From contig JACVGT010000016.1 in assembly GCA_018992685.1 (NCBI GenBank), positions 1 to 38,597 of the forward strand: a stretch of DNA of 38,597 nucleotides. The letters run 5' to 3'. Shown here piece by piece: positions 18,031 through 27,003 of this stretch. The stretch is from Theionarchaea archaeon. Its GTDB lineage: Archaea; Methanobacteriota_B; Thermococci; Methanofastidiosales; SZ-28-30. Position 1 is the stretch's first letter. The number at the start of each line of letters is the position of its first letter. The position numbers were made by a program, and so were the translations under genes. The notes under the pieces are model-generated. The model saw only the letters and a list, made by a program, of their open reading frames with translations. It was not told the origin of the DNA and did not search any database.

Positions 18031-18897
18031 ATGGGGAACGTGAAAATTCCTCCCGCTTTTCTAGACCGGCTGCAAGAACTGGGCCTAGATTACTCAATGT
18101 ATGAGAAGTACCCCAGGAAAGCCGTGTATATACTCAGAAATGAACAGGAGATCAGGAGCACGTTTGATATGCGCCCTGTCCCCTGGGCAGATCATGTGTA
18201 TTTCTCAGATTGCAGTGCAGAAATCCAGAAGAAGTATTTTGACTCAGTCTTTGTACAGGATGCAGGGTCAGTGGTCCCTGTTCTGACTCTGGATGTCACC
18301 AGTGATTGCACAGTCCTGGACATGTGCGCAGCTCCTGGCTCCAAGACGATTCATCTTGCAAGAAGGGCTGCGCGGGTGATTGCCTGTGACATTCATAGAG
18401 GAAGGATTCGGAGGCTTCAGCATAACATGAAGCGGCTGGACATCACAAACTGCAGACTGATCAGGGCAGATGGGAGAAGACTCATTCTGGACGAGAAGGT
18501 GGATAGGGTACTGGTGGATGCTCCCTGCAGCGGTGAGGGAATGGTGGGAAAAATCCACAAAGTCATGACCCTGTGGAGTGTCAAGCGGATTGCGCGACTG
18601 GCTGCCCTTCAGAGAAAGCTAGTGCTTCACGGGCTAGAACTTCTTGATGAAGGGGGAATCCTGGTGTACAGTACCTGTACCTTTGCGCCGGAAGAAAATG
18701 AAGGGGTCATCGACAGGATTGTAGCCAGGGGGGATGCAGTCTTAGAAGAGATTGCAGTCAAGAACCTGCAGTATAACCCGGGGTTGACCCACTTTAGGCA
18801 GTGTACCTACAGTCCTGATCTTGAAAAGACTGTACGTATCTACCCTTTTCATAATAGTTCCAACGGTTTCTTTGTAGCGAGGCTGAGAAAGTGTTGA
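18031..18897 (+). CDS. RsmB/NOL1/NOP2/Sun-family RNA m5C methyltransferase
   Basis: QDAGS, LDMCAAPGSKT, DAPCSGEG, YSTCT and PEENE motifs. Confidence 0.93.
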   Translation: MGNVKIPPAFLDRLQELGLDYSMYEKYPRKAVYILRNEQEIRSTFDMRPVPWADHVYFSDCSAEIQKKYFDSVFVQDAGSVVPVLTLDVTSDCTVLDMCAAPGSKTIHLARRAARVIACDIHRGRIRRLQHNMKRLDITNCRLIRADGRRLILDEKVDRVLVDAPCSGEGMVGKIHKVMTLWSVKRIARLAALQRKLVLHGLELLDEGGILVYSTCTFAPEENEGVIDRIVARGDAVLEEIAVKNLQYNPGLTHFRQCTYSPDLEKTVRIYPFHNSSNGFFVARLRKC

Positions 18898-18960
18898 GTT
18901 CCTGTGCAGCAGAAATCTTCGGGAGTAAGAGTTAAAACAGATACTGCCCATGATACAGCA

Positions 18961-19494
18961 ATGATAACAGTGCTTCGGATCGGTCACCGGCCTCAGCGAG
19001 ACAAACGAATTACCACTCACGTTTGCCTGGTGGCCAGAGCATTTGGTGCTGATACCATCATTGTGGACAGGAAAGACGTCACATTGCAGGAGACCATTGC
19101 CAGCATCACAGACAGGTGGGGCGGCACCTTTTCGGTGTCTTTCCAGCCCTGGAGAAAGGTACTCAGCGCCTGGGATGGATTCATTGTTCATTTGACCATG
19201 TACGGTCTCCCTCTGGAAGAGGAAATTTCGACTATCAGAGCACATGACAACATCTTGGTGGTAGTGGGTGCGGAGAAAGTCCCCCGGGAGGTCTACGAAA
19301 TTTCAGACTGCAATATCTCAATCACCAACCAACCTCACTCTGAAGTAGCTGCTCTAGCTCTTTTTCTTGACAGGTATTTCCAAGGGGCCCAATTCCGTAA
19401 GGAATTCTGCGGCAGTCTGAGGATAATTCCCAGTAAGAGAGAGAAATTGATCAACGATGTTGTTAATCAAAAAAGAAAAGCAAAAATTATTTAA
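18961..19494 (+). CDS. trm56: tRNA (cytidine(56)-2'-O)-methyltransferase aTrm56
   Basis: VLRIGHRPQRDKRITTHV.LVARAFGA, HLTMYG, GAEKVP and NQPHSEVAALA. Start ATG 18961. Confidence 0.95.
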   Translation: MITVLRIGHRPQRDKRITTHVCLVARAFGADTIIVDRKDVTLQETIASITDRWGGTFSVSFQPWRKVLSAWDGFIVHLTMYGLPLEEEISTIRAHDNILVVVGAEKVPREVYEISDCNISITNQPHSEVAALALFLDRYFQGAQFRKEFCGSLRIIPSKREKLINDVVNQKRKAKII

Positions 19495-19535
19495 ACCCAG
19501 ACTTGCATGTATATGCAAGTGAAACGGTGAATAGC

Positions 19536-20036
19536 ATGAAAGACGTGAGTACAGTCATCTTTGAATTCCTTGAGGGATTACTAGGTGAAGGTGGAGTTGA
19601 AGTCGCCTCCACAATCTATGACAATGAATTTACAGACGAAGAAATAGCAAAGGAGACTAATATCCGTGTAAACACGGTGAGGAAGGTTCTATACCGTCTT
19701 TATGATAATCGCCTCGCCTCCTACCGAAGAACCAGAGACAAGAAAACTGGCTGGTATATTTATTACTGGAAGATGGATCTGAACAAGGCTTCGGAGGTCA
19801 TGAGGAGCCTGGAGAGAGAATACCTTCAGAAGCTGATGGAACGGCTGGAACACGAACGAAATAACATGTTCTTCTCATGCGATAATGGATGTGAGAAGGT
19901 CATTTTTGATGTGGCATCAGAAAACGATTTCCGGTGCCCTGGATGCAATGGTAAGCTCTCCTTCGTGGACAACTCTTCATTAGTCAGGAGCTTGGAGGAG
20001 CAAATCAAGAAGCTGGAAACAGGCATGGAGAACTAG
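19536..20036 (+). CDS. tfe: Transcription factor E (TFE alpha)
   Basis: Winged helix TDEEIA..NTVRKVLYRL, RDKKTGWYIYYW and Zn ribbon C.NGC...FRCPGC. GGTGA SD before ATG 19536. Confidence 0.93.
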   Translation: MKDVSTVIFEFLEGLLGEGGVEVASTIYDNEFTDEEIAKETNIRVNTVRKVLYRLYDNRLASYRRTRDKKTGWYIYYWKMDLNKASEVMRSLEREYLQKLMERLEHERNNMFFSCDNGCEKVIFDVASENDFRCPGCNGKLSFVDNSSLVRSLEEQIKKLETGMEN

Positions 20037-20190
20037 TGAGCCTCTTTGAGAGTGTTTCCTGCGCTTGAAAAGGCTGCTGATATCATCTTCACTTTCTTTC
20101 TTTCATGGTTACCATCATTCAGTGAGAGTATTCGGTCAGACCAGTTCTGCCCACCAAACAGTTATATGGGAAGACAACAGTACTTTTCTG

Positions 20191-20865
20191 ATGATTTCTG
20201 TAATCTTTGTAGAACCCGAATCTGCTGGAAATGTGGGAAGTATTGCCCGATGCATGAAGAATTTTGGAGCAAGCCAGCTGATACTGGTCAATCCGTGTCC
20301 TCTTGAAGGAGCAGAGAAAATGGCCCAGCATGGAACGGATATTCTGGAAAAGGCTGTCATTGTGACCACCCTGGATCGTGCCTTGGTCATGGTGGATACA
20401 TCAATTGCAGCTACTGCAGTGACGTCTGGGCTGTTCAGGGCTTCGCTGTCCCCTTCTGACATACGTACTGTGAGCACAGGACATATTGGCATCGTCATTG
20501 GGAGGGAAAGCAGGGGATTGACTGCCGAAGAGATCGAGCAGTGTGACCTTGTCATGTCTATCCCCGCGTCACAGGAGTATCCCGTGCTCAACGCTGCTGC
20601 AGCCTGCTGTATTGTCCTTTATGAATTCTTTCAGAGCACCTATCAGGGGGTTGAGTCCTGTTCTAACGAAACGAAAAAAAGGATCTTGGCTGAGTGCAGG
20701 ACCATATCTGACCTCATGGAGAAAAGGCCTCACAGAAAGAGAATCTGGGAAATCGTCCTCAAGAGAGTCCTTTCCAAAGCATTCCTCTCAGAAAGGGAAG
20801 CTACCATTCTGCTGGGATTCTTCAGAAGGATCAGGACTGTACTGACCCCACTTTCTAAACCTTGA
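20191..20865 (+). CDS. trmJ: TrmJ/LasT-family SPOUT tRNA 2'-O-methyltransferase
   Basis: VIFVEPESAGNVGSIARCMKNFG, GRESRGLTAEE and SIPASQEYPVLN. Start ATG 20191. Confidence 0.88.
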   Translation: MISVIFVEPESAGNVGSIARCMKNFGASQLILVNPCPLEGAEKMAQHGTDILEKAVIVTTLDRALVMVDTSIAATAVTSGLFRASLSPSDIRTVSTGHIGIVIGRESRGLTAEEIEQCDLVMSIPASQEYPVLNAAAACCIVLYEFFQSTYQGVESCSNETKKRILAECRTISDLMEKRPHRKRIWEIVLKRVLSKAFLSEREATILLGFFRRIRTVLTPLSKP

Positions 20866-21613
20866 CGAAAATATTGATTCTGCGTTCGAATATATCTCCG
20901 CTGCTCAGTAATTCTCTGACAGATTCCTCAACTTCCTCTGCAGTGTAGATGTCTGCGAATTCGGCCAGAATAGAATCCATATCCACCCCATCAGGGTGCT
21001 TCTCAATAAGAGAGAGTACCTTGTTCTTCATGATTTCACTCTTGGAAATATCAGGTTCCTCTTCTCTCTCCTCCAGATATTTCAGCTCATCCAGAGCTTC
21101 CACAACATCGGGGGGCACTCCTTCCTCTTTTGCCCTTTCCTTTGCCTGTCTGACCTGTTCACCTTCCTCCTGGTAGATATTCTGGGCCTTTTCCAGGATA
21201 CCCCCATGCTCCCGTCTGGCCCTCAAAATTTCCAGCCGATGAAGTAGAACAAAATTAGGATCAAGCCGAGCTACAGCCTCCAGAGTGAGTTGTTTTTGCC
21301 CCTGCCACTCTCTTATCTTCCCAATAACCTGAACAATGTCACCTAATTCGATGTGCTCCAGCAGGCTCGTGGTCTCCCTGAATACATATCCTGTTATGGT
21401 ATCAAACCCATCATCAAGCTGAATTCTCCCGTAGGCAGTATCGTCAGAAATGTATGGCTCTGAAACCACAGTGGCCACCACCTTTGCCCGGTACACTTTT
21501 CGTGCATCTTCTGTTATCAGATAGTTCAACTCGAAGTCTTCTTCTGCTGAAACAAACTGTCCCTTGTGAATTTCATCTAGCCGTAACCTGTGAGAAGCAG
21601 CTCTCTTTTTCAT
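20855..21613 (-). CDS. Replication protein A, RPA32/Rpa2-like subunit (OB fold + C-terminal winged helix)
   Basis: RKVYRAKVVATVV, LDDG, VQVIGKIREW, C-terminal helical domain ending LLSSGDIFE. Last gene of the RPA operon. Confidence 0.8.
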   Translation of the reverse strand: MKKRAASHRLRLDEIHKGQFVSAEEDFELNYLITEDARKVYRAKVVATVVSEPYISDDTAYGRIQLDDGFDTITGYVFRETTSLLEHIELGDIVQVIGKIREWQGQKQLTLEAVARLDPNFVLLHRLEILRARREHGGILEKAQNIYQEEGEQVRQAKERAKEEGVPPDVVEALDELKYLEEREEEPDISKSEIMKNKVLSLIEKHPDGVDMDSILAEFADIYTAEEVEESVRELLSSGDIFERRINIFVKV

Positions 21614-21906
21614 TGTTCCAGCTCCTTCACTCTCTTGTACAGCTCCAGATCAAAATCAGAAAAATCCTGTACTATTTCTGCATTGATTAGGGGGTTCCCC
21701 CGTGTCTGAGGACGGCCAACAACCCTGACAACCGTCTGCACGTCAAAAAGCCTGTCTCCCAGTACTGTGATAGACCCTGTTCCATCGTCAATTATCATGG
21801 AGTACTGAATAGGATCTTTCCTAATGACTGTGCCTATAACAGACACACGAATATCCTCCTCCGTAATATCAGAAATGTCCTTTTCAATAGCAGGTGCACG
21901 TCTCAT
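21610..21906 (-). CDS. Replication protein A, RPA14/Rpa3-like small OB-fold subunit
   Basis: RRAPAIEKDI, RVSVIGTV, IDDGTG and AEIVQDFS..DLELY. ATGA overlaps with both neighbours. Confidence 0.8.
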   Translation of the reverse strand: MRRAPAIEKDISDITEEDIRVSVIGTVIRKDPIQYSMIIDDGTGSITVLGDRLFDVQTVVRVVGRPQTRGNPLINAEIVQDFSDFDLELYKRVKELEQ

Positions 21907-22928
21907 CCCAATTCCTCCAGTATGGTATAACATTCCTGCGGGATATTCAGTTCCCTAATATCCCTCACAGTGAAGGTTAGTCCCGTGTACTCATTGTAGG
22001 TGACGTCCCCAGAAACCACGATCTCCTGACCCAGTAGGTGTTGATGTACATCATTTAAGTACTGTCTCTGGGCAGAACGGGCATCATGCCCTCTGTTCAT
22101 GTAATCCTTCACTTTGTAATATGCCTCTGACGTGACGGCAAGCATGTCTTCCGCCTTCCTATCAAAGAAACTTGCTCGGATAAATCCTGTGCAATCATCC
22201 AATCCTGCTTCAAAGATCATTACCCGCTTTCGATCCACCTTCTTGTTGCAGGACGGACAGAAGAACACATTATTCTTGAAAACGACTCTCTTGTAACACT
22301 CAGGACATGCCTCATAAAACCTGACATTGTACAACTTGGCAATGGTGGCCCTGATCTCACAAAACCTGTTCCCTTCTTCCAGCTCTGCTATCTCCTTTCT
22401 TTCTGCAGGCCTTTCTGCTAGCTTGGAGAGAGGAGGTATTTCTTCAATCCGGGGATCATCTTCTGGATTGACAATGATTTTTCCTCGTCCCACCTGAATC
22501 TGGACGCCTCTCCTGCCTTCTCTGGTGATGCCGTCCACAACCTTGAGTATGTCTCCTCTTTCTATCTGCTCGGTAAGCCTGACTTCATGATCCCACAGAG
22601 TGAGGGCAGTCTTGCCAGTCTTGTCAGCAATGATAACATTGGATACAGCTCCAAAGGATCCATCATTTCTCTGAAATTCTCTGGGTTCAGTATACCCCAG
22701 GACCCTTCCCAGAATATTCACGTTAGTCATGCCAGCAAGCAAATCTTCAATCCGCAGGTACTCCTGCTCTCTAATAATTCCCAGCTCACTAGCAATGATG
22801 GTCAGAGCCCCCTCATCCGTCAGGAGCCCTCCCACTTCTTCCAGTTTCTGTTCCATCTTATCCTGGATCTCATTGTCAGAAAGACCTTTTTTCCTTAGCT
22901 GTTCCCAGAGAACTTCCTTTTTGTCCAT
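21903..22928 (-). CDS. rpa: Replication protein A, RPA41/Rpa1-like large subunit (OB folds + Zn finger)
   Basis: N-terminal LLTDEGAL.IIASELG domain, REFQRNDGS.G.V, DKTG..LTLWD, and CPEC...CPSC zinc finger. Confidence 0.88.
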   Translation of the reverse strand: MDKKEVLWEQLRKKGLSDNEIQDKMEQKLEEVGGLLTDEGALTIIASELGIIREQEYLRIEDLLAGMTNVNILGRVLGYTEPREFQRNDGSFGAVSNVIIADKTGKTALTLWDHEVRLTEQIERGDILKVVDGITREGRRGVQIQVGRGKIIVNPEDDPRIEEIPPLSKLAERPAERKEIAELEEGNRFCEIRATIAKLYNVRFYEACPECYKRVVFKNNVFFCPSCNKKVDRKRVMIFEAGLDDCTGFIRASFFDRKAEDMLAVTSEAYYKVKDYMNRGHDARSAQRQYLNDVHQHLLGQEIVVSGDVTYNEYTGLTFTVRDIRELNIPQECYTILEELG

Positions 22929-23409
22929 ACATTGTTAAGATTAGATTTCCATATAAATTTTTGGTCTTATGAACCCAGGGAACCTCTCATGCAACGCAGA
23001 AGGGCGGAGACAAATCACGTTACCTCTGGAGTTTGGTTCCAGAACCCTAGGGCTGCAACCATGTGAATGTTAAATATAAGAGATATGGGAAAAGGAAGTG
23101 TTGAGGACTGAAAATAAATATATCCGTGGTACTTCCAGAATGCTGCGCTAGTAAACTCCAAAAGTCTAAGAGATAGAGTTCTACTACTCTCGCTTCCTCT
23201 TTCGTGCTGCCTACCTGGGCATGAGCATTCGGTTTTTCTTATTCTGTATGTTAGTGTACCTCAATGTGGTTCCACCTGAAGGAGATTGATCAGGATTAAC
23301 GAAGAGAGTGAGGAGAGGTTTGACATGTCCGATTTCAGATGAGAAGGAACTAACAAGGGAGAGACTGGTATGCAGAGACACGAACCTTCAAGCCATGGTT
23401 CCTCAAGGC

Positions 23410-24054
23410 CTAATCCAGACGATACTCTTCCTTTTCCTGCAGGATGACAACCCGGGTTGAAGATCCGGCTTCAACCCTCTTCTTGAACTCTGTGGTATCC
23501 TTTCCCCACGTGTGCATGGGTATCGCAATTCCTGGATTGATCGCCAGCGCAGCTTCGGCACCCTCAACAACATCCATGGTATAGGTATCCCCTGTGGGAA
23601 GAAGGGCTACGTCCACTGTCCCGAGTTCCTTCATCTCTGGAATGAAATCTGTATCCCCGGCATGATAGATAGTTTTTCCTTCAACTGAAATGAGGTATCC
23701 AACCCCCATTCCCTTGGGATGATACGGAGTTCCTGGAGATCTGAATCGTTTGTAATTATAGGCCTGAACAGCCTTCACCGTTATTCCATTTATCGTCATG
23801 GATTCTCCTGGCTTCAGGGGAGTGATGTCCTTAATCTTTGATCTACATTCATCGGGAGCGATTATCACAGTACCGGAGTGCAGAACACGGCTGATTTTGG
23901 CGGGATCGCAGTGGTCAGTATGAGAATGGGTTATCACTATGATGTCTGCTTTCCCTACAGGATCACTGTATTCTTCAAGATCAGTGTAGATGATCTTGCC
24001 TCCTCCCTTTATCTGAAAGGCAGCATGTGCCAACAACATTATTGATACACTCAT
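23410..24054 (-). CDS. Metallo-beta-lactamase-fold hydrolase
   Basis: THSHTDH, IYHAGDT and IPMH motifs. ATG 24054 follows a GGTG SD. Confidence 0.9.
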   Translation of the reverse strand: MSVSIMLLAHAAFQIKGGGKIIYTDLEEYSDPVGKADIIVITHSHTDHCDPAKISRVLHSGTVIIAPDECRSKIKDITPLKPGESMTINGITVKAVQAYNYKRFRSPGTPYHPKGMGVGYLISVEGKTIYHAGDTDFIPEMKELGTVDVALLPTGDTYTMDVVEGAEAALAINPGIAIPMHTWGKDTTEFKKRVEAGSSTRVVILQEKEEYRLD

Positions 24055-24439
24055 TATGAACACCGTGCTTCTATTGGATTGCCACTTTATCTAGTTATCT
24101 GAGTAAGGGTATCCACTTACAGGTGAGGCAATGCGCCTGTACAATTCCTTCTTCTCCACAAGGTAGTGTATCCTCATTTATGAGGGAATATTTCAAAACC
24201 TTATGATTTATGACATTATTCATGAAATAATGAGGTATAGATTCTTCTATCTTCACTATACCACGAACTGCAAGAGGAGACAGTCGCATGTCCAAAATTA
24301 TCATATGAATTCCATGAGGAAGGTCCTAACTTAAATTATTTCTCCAGTCAAAGCACTGTGTCAAAGGAGATGAGAAAAATTTATATATATGTTCCAACAG
24401 AATATGTACTAAGGGAATAGAACATGTGGAGGTCATAGT

Positions 24440-25954
24440 ATGAAAGAAATTGTCCTTGTCTGCTTCCTGCTTGCTGGGATGCTGCCTGCAGGTCAGCCTG
24501 ATGAGACTGTTGTTCTTCTGATTAATTCCATTGACAGAGGACTCAATTCAGACTTCATTGACTTCTTGGAAGGAAACTATGATGTAGCTCTGGTGGGTGC
24601 TTCCGAGTTCGAACAGTACAAGAAGAGCCCGTATATTGTAATTCTTGGAGGGAACAAAGCCCCTGAAGGTGTGGGAAACATTGTTGATACTATCCTGAGC
24701 GAGCAGGAAAAAAGTGAAATCAGCACAGAAAAGAGGATGCTCACCAAGCTGAACCTTTGGGGCGAAGAGCAAGTTGTAGTTCTTTTTGCAGGCCCAGATA
24801 GGGAGCAGACTCAGACTGCATGTCAGGAGGGCACAACTTGTTATTCCAGTCTCCTGAATGCTATAAAGAGACTCAAGGAAGAAGTGATCACTCCAGATCA
24901 GAAGATCATAGCCTTTTTGTGGCCAGAGCCTCTTTCGAGCAGCGACGAGATTGCACCCTATGCTCCTGCTCAGGAAGAATTCACAACGGTACCGCACCTG
25001 ATTCCTTATCCCCTCGAGGAGAGCTGCTGGTTCTTCTGGATCGATGATGATCCCTATGCCAAGTTTGCACATCCTGTACGGTTTATCTTCTTCTGGATTG
25101 AATCAGAAGATCTCACTGTGTATGACGAGGAGTGGTGGCCAGTTCTCAATGAGGCGTCCTTGTGGGCTGATGAAGAGGAATACTGGAATGCGGCCTACTG
25201 GGTTGTGAATGCAGGAATAGAAAGACCAACCCCTTCTGTCTTCTTGTACAGAGCTGGTGCCCCGCTCGACCAGGAAGAGGAATCCTCCGGGAAGGCTCTC
25301 GTGGTTAATGGATGGAAGGAAGGAGAACACTCCAAGGAGACCCTAGCAGAAGATGAAAAATCCATGACTGCAGCTTTTAGGGGGACGGGACTCTCTGTGG
25401 CGGGGGCCCGAACAGTCAGAGACATTGAGAAAACTCTCAGGACGTGGTCCAAGGAAATGGAACCCGACAGTACCGTGGTGACGTACATTACCGCCCACAG
25501 TAATAGAGGCTATGTTCTCATCGGCGGAGAGAAACTGACAGTGGCTGCATTTTCAAAGCTTCTGAGTGATTTTGAGGACGGAGTTCACATCTTTGTGATA
25601 GTAGATGCATGCTACGCGGGAACGTTTCTGGCAGATGAATTGAAAAAGGAAGCGGAGATCATCATAACATCAACAAGTTCCACCAAGCGCGCGTACAGGG
25701 ATTTTGATCCAAAGAATGACGTTAATCCCTTGGACAAAGGTTCAGAATTTACCAGTGGATTGTCCAAGAATTTCTATGTACTGCAGGAGATTTCAGTTGA
25801 TTCACCCCCGGACACCTACGGCCGCATTTTTGGCAAAGTTGAAGAAGTGATGACAGATATAGTAGAACTAGATGCTGCTGCCCAGAATGGTTTCTCAGAT
25901 CCCCAGCTATGGATAACGGAGGAAACAAAGGGTCCACCTGAAGTCTATACCTAG
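24440..25954 (+). CDS. Secreted protein with a C-terminal caspase/legumain-fold (clan CD) peptidase domain
   Basis: Signal peptide, ALVVNG strand, YITAHS (His), IVDACYAG (Cys) and GSEFT. GGAGGT SD. Confidence 0.7.
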   Translation: MKEIVLVCFLLAGMLPAGQPDETVVLLINSIDRGLNSDFIDFLEGNYDVALVGASEFEQYKKSPYIVILGGNKAPEGVGNIVDTILSEQEKSEISTEKRMLTKLNLWGEEQVVVLFAGPDREQTQTACQEGTTCYSSLLNAIKRLKEEVITPDQKIIAFLWPEPLSSSDEIAPYAPAQEEFTTVPHLIPYPLEESCWFFWIDDDPYAKFAHPVRFIFFWIESEDLTVYDEEWWPVLNEASLWADEEEYWNAAYWVVNAGIERPTPSVFLYRAGAPLDQEEESSGKALVVNGWKEGEHSKETLAEDEKSMTAAFRGTGLSVAGARTVRDIEKTLRTWSKEMEPDSTVVTYITAHSNRGYVLIGGEKLTVAAFSKLLSDFEDGVHIFVIVDACYAGTFLADELKKEAEIIITSTSSTKRAYRDFDPKNDVNPLDKGSEFTSGLSKNFYVLQEISVDSPPDTYGRIFGKVEEVMTDIVELDAAAQNGFSDPQLWITEETKGPPEVYT

Positions 25955-26080
25955 TCTTGTGCAAGCGATGTGTGTACAGCACGAGGAACGGGCGCGTCGC
26001 TGATAATGGAAGAGAGGTACCCAGTCCCGTGAGAGATGAGCATTCAAAACAGTTAAAAGAAATCACTTCCTGTCAACATT

Positions 26081-26755
26081 GTGGCTCCTGATATCTACAG
26101 CATACTCAATTATCCCCATAGAGAACGAAATGAGCTACTGGAACATGCGCTTGCTGATCTGGGGATCACCCTGCATCCCTTTGGCAGTAATGTCGTGTGG
26201 GGAGTGCCCATTCTGGGGAAAGGGTGGTCTTCCATTGTGGTCTATGGAATCCAAGAGCAGAGAGAGGTAGCAATTAAAATCCAGAGAAAAGACTCACATC
26301 GCCTTTCATTGGGCAGGGAGGCTCTTTTCTTGAGGATAGTGAATGATAAAGGAATTGGCCCCACCCTGTACCATGAAGGGAAGGACTTTCTAGTCTTGGA
26401 ATACATCAAAGGAGTACCCATAAGAGATGCATTAGTACAAGTGGAGCATCTTAGATCTTTTCTTGAACAGTGTTATACACTGGATCTCTTGAATGTCGAT
26501 CATGGGCAGATTCAGGGAGGGAAACATCTCGTTGTTGGTGAGAAGTGCTGGATTATAGATTTCGAGAAAGCGGGATTCAGAACTCCTCGCAATGTCAGTT
26601 CACTTGTTTCTGAAGTGTTCCTGAGAAAGACAGAGTGTGCATCTCGAATAAGATCTCAGGTTCCTATACCCCCTGAATCCCTCATTGAAATAATCCGGAA
26701 CTATAAGAAAACAAAGGACCTCACCTGGCTTCTAGATGCACTCCGCCTTACATGA
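26081..26755 (+). CDS. Archaeal Ser/Thr protein kinase (RIO-like, COG2112 type)
   Basis: LGKGWSSIV, VAIK, REA.FL..VN..GIGP, DHGQI and IIDFE motifs. Confidence 0.82.
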   Translation: MAPDIYSILNYPHRERNELLEHALADLGITLHPFGSNVVWGVPILGKGWSSIVVYGIQEQREVAIKIQRKDSHRLSLGREALFLRIVNDKGIGPTLYHEGKDFLVLEYIKGVPIRDALVQVEHLRSFLEQCYTLDLLNVDHGQIQGGKHLVVGEKCWIIDFEKAGFRTPRNVSSLVSEVFLRKTECASRIRSQVPIPPESLIEIIRNYKKTKDLTWLLDALRLT

Positions 26756-27003
26756 TCTCTGTCCAAGCACCAGGTTTCAACTCAACAAGCAGTAACCTGA
26801 GAGTACGATGGAAAATCCGGACAAGAACGATGCAACCAGCGTTTAGAAGTCCCTTTTGGTTAGGCTGCAATTCAGAATCATACTGTCTTTCGAGGTTTGT
26901 ATCAGTAATCTTCCGAAACATATTTATTGGAGGAATTTACTACAAATTATCTTTCAACAATGCAGACTGAAAGAAGGATAGTGTTCTATGTGTAGGTGAT
27001 GAG

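Noticed and set aside
22929-23409. Replication origin beside the RPA operon (TTCCAGAA, TTCCACCTGAA)
   Set aside because: Poor ORB matches, no G-string and no cdc6/orc1 gene nearby.
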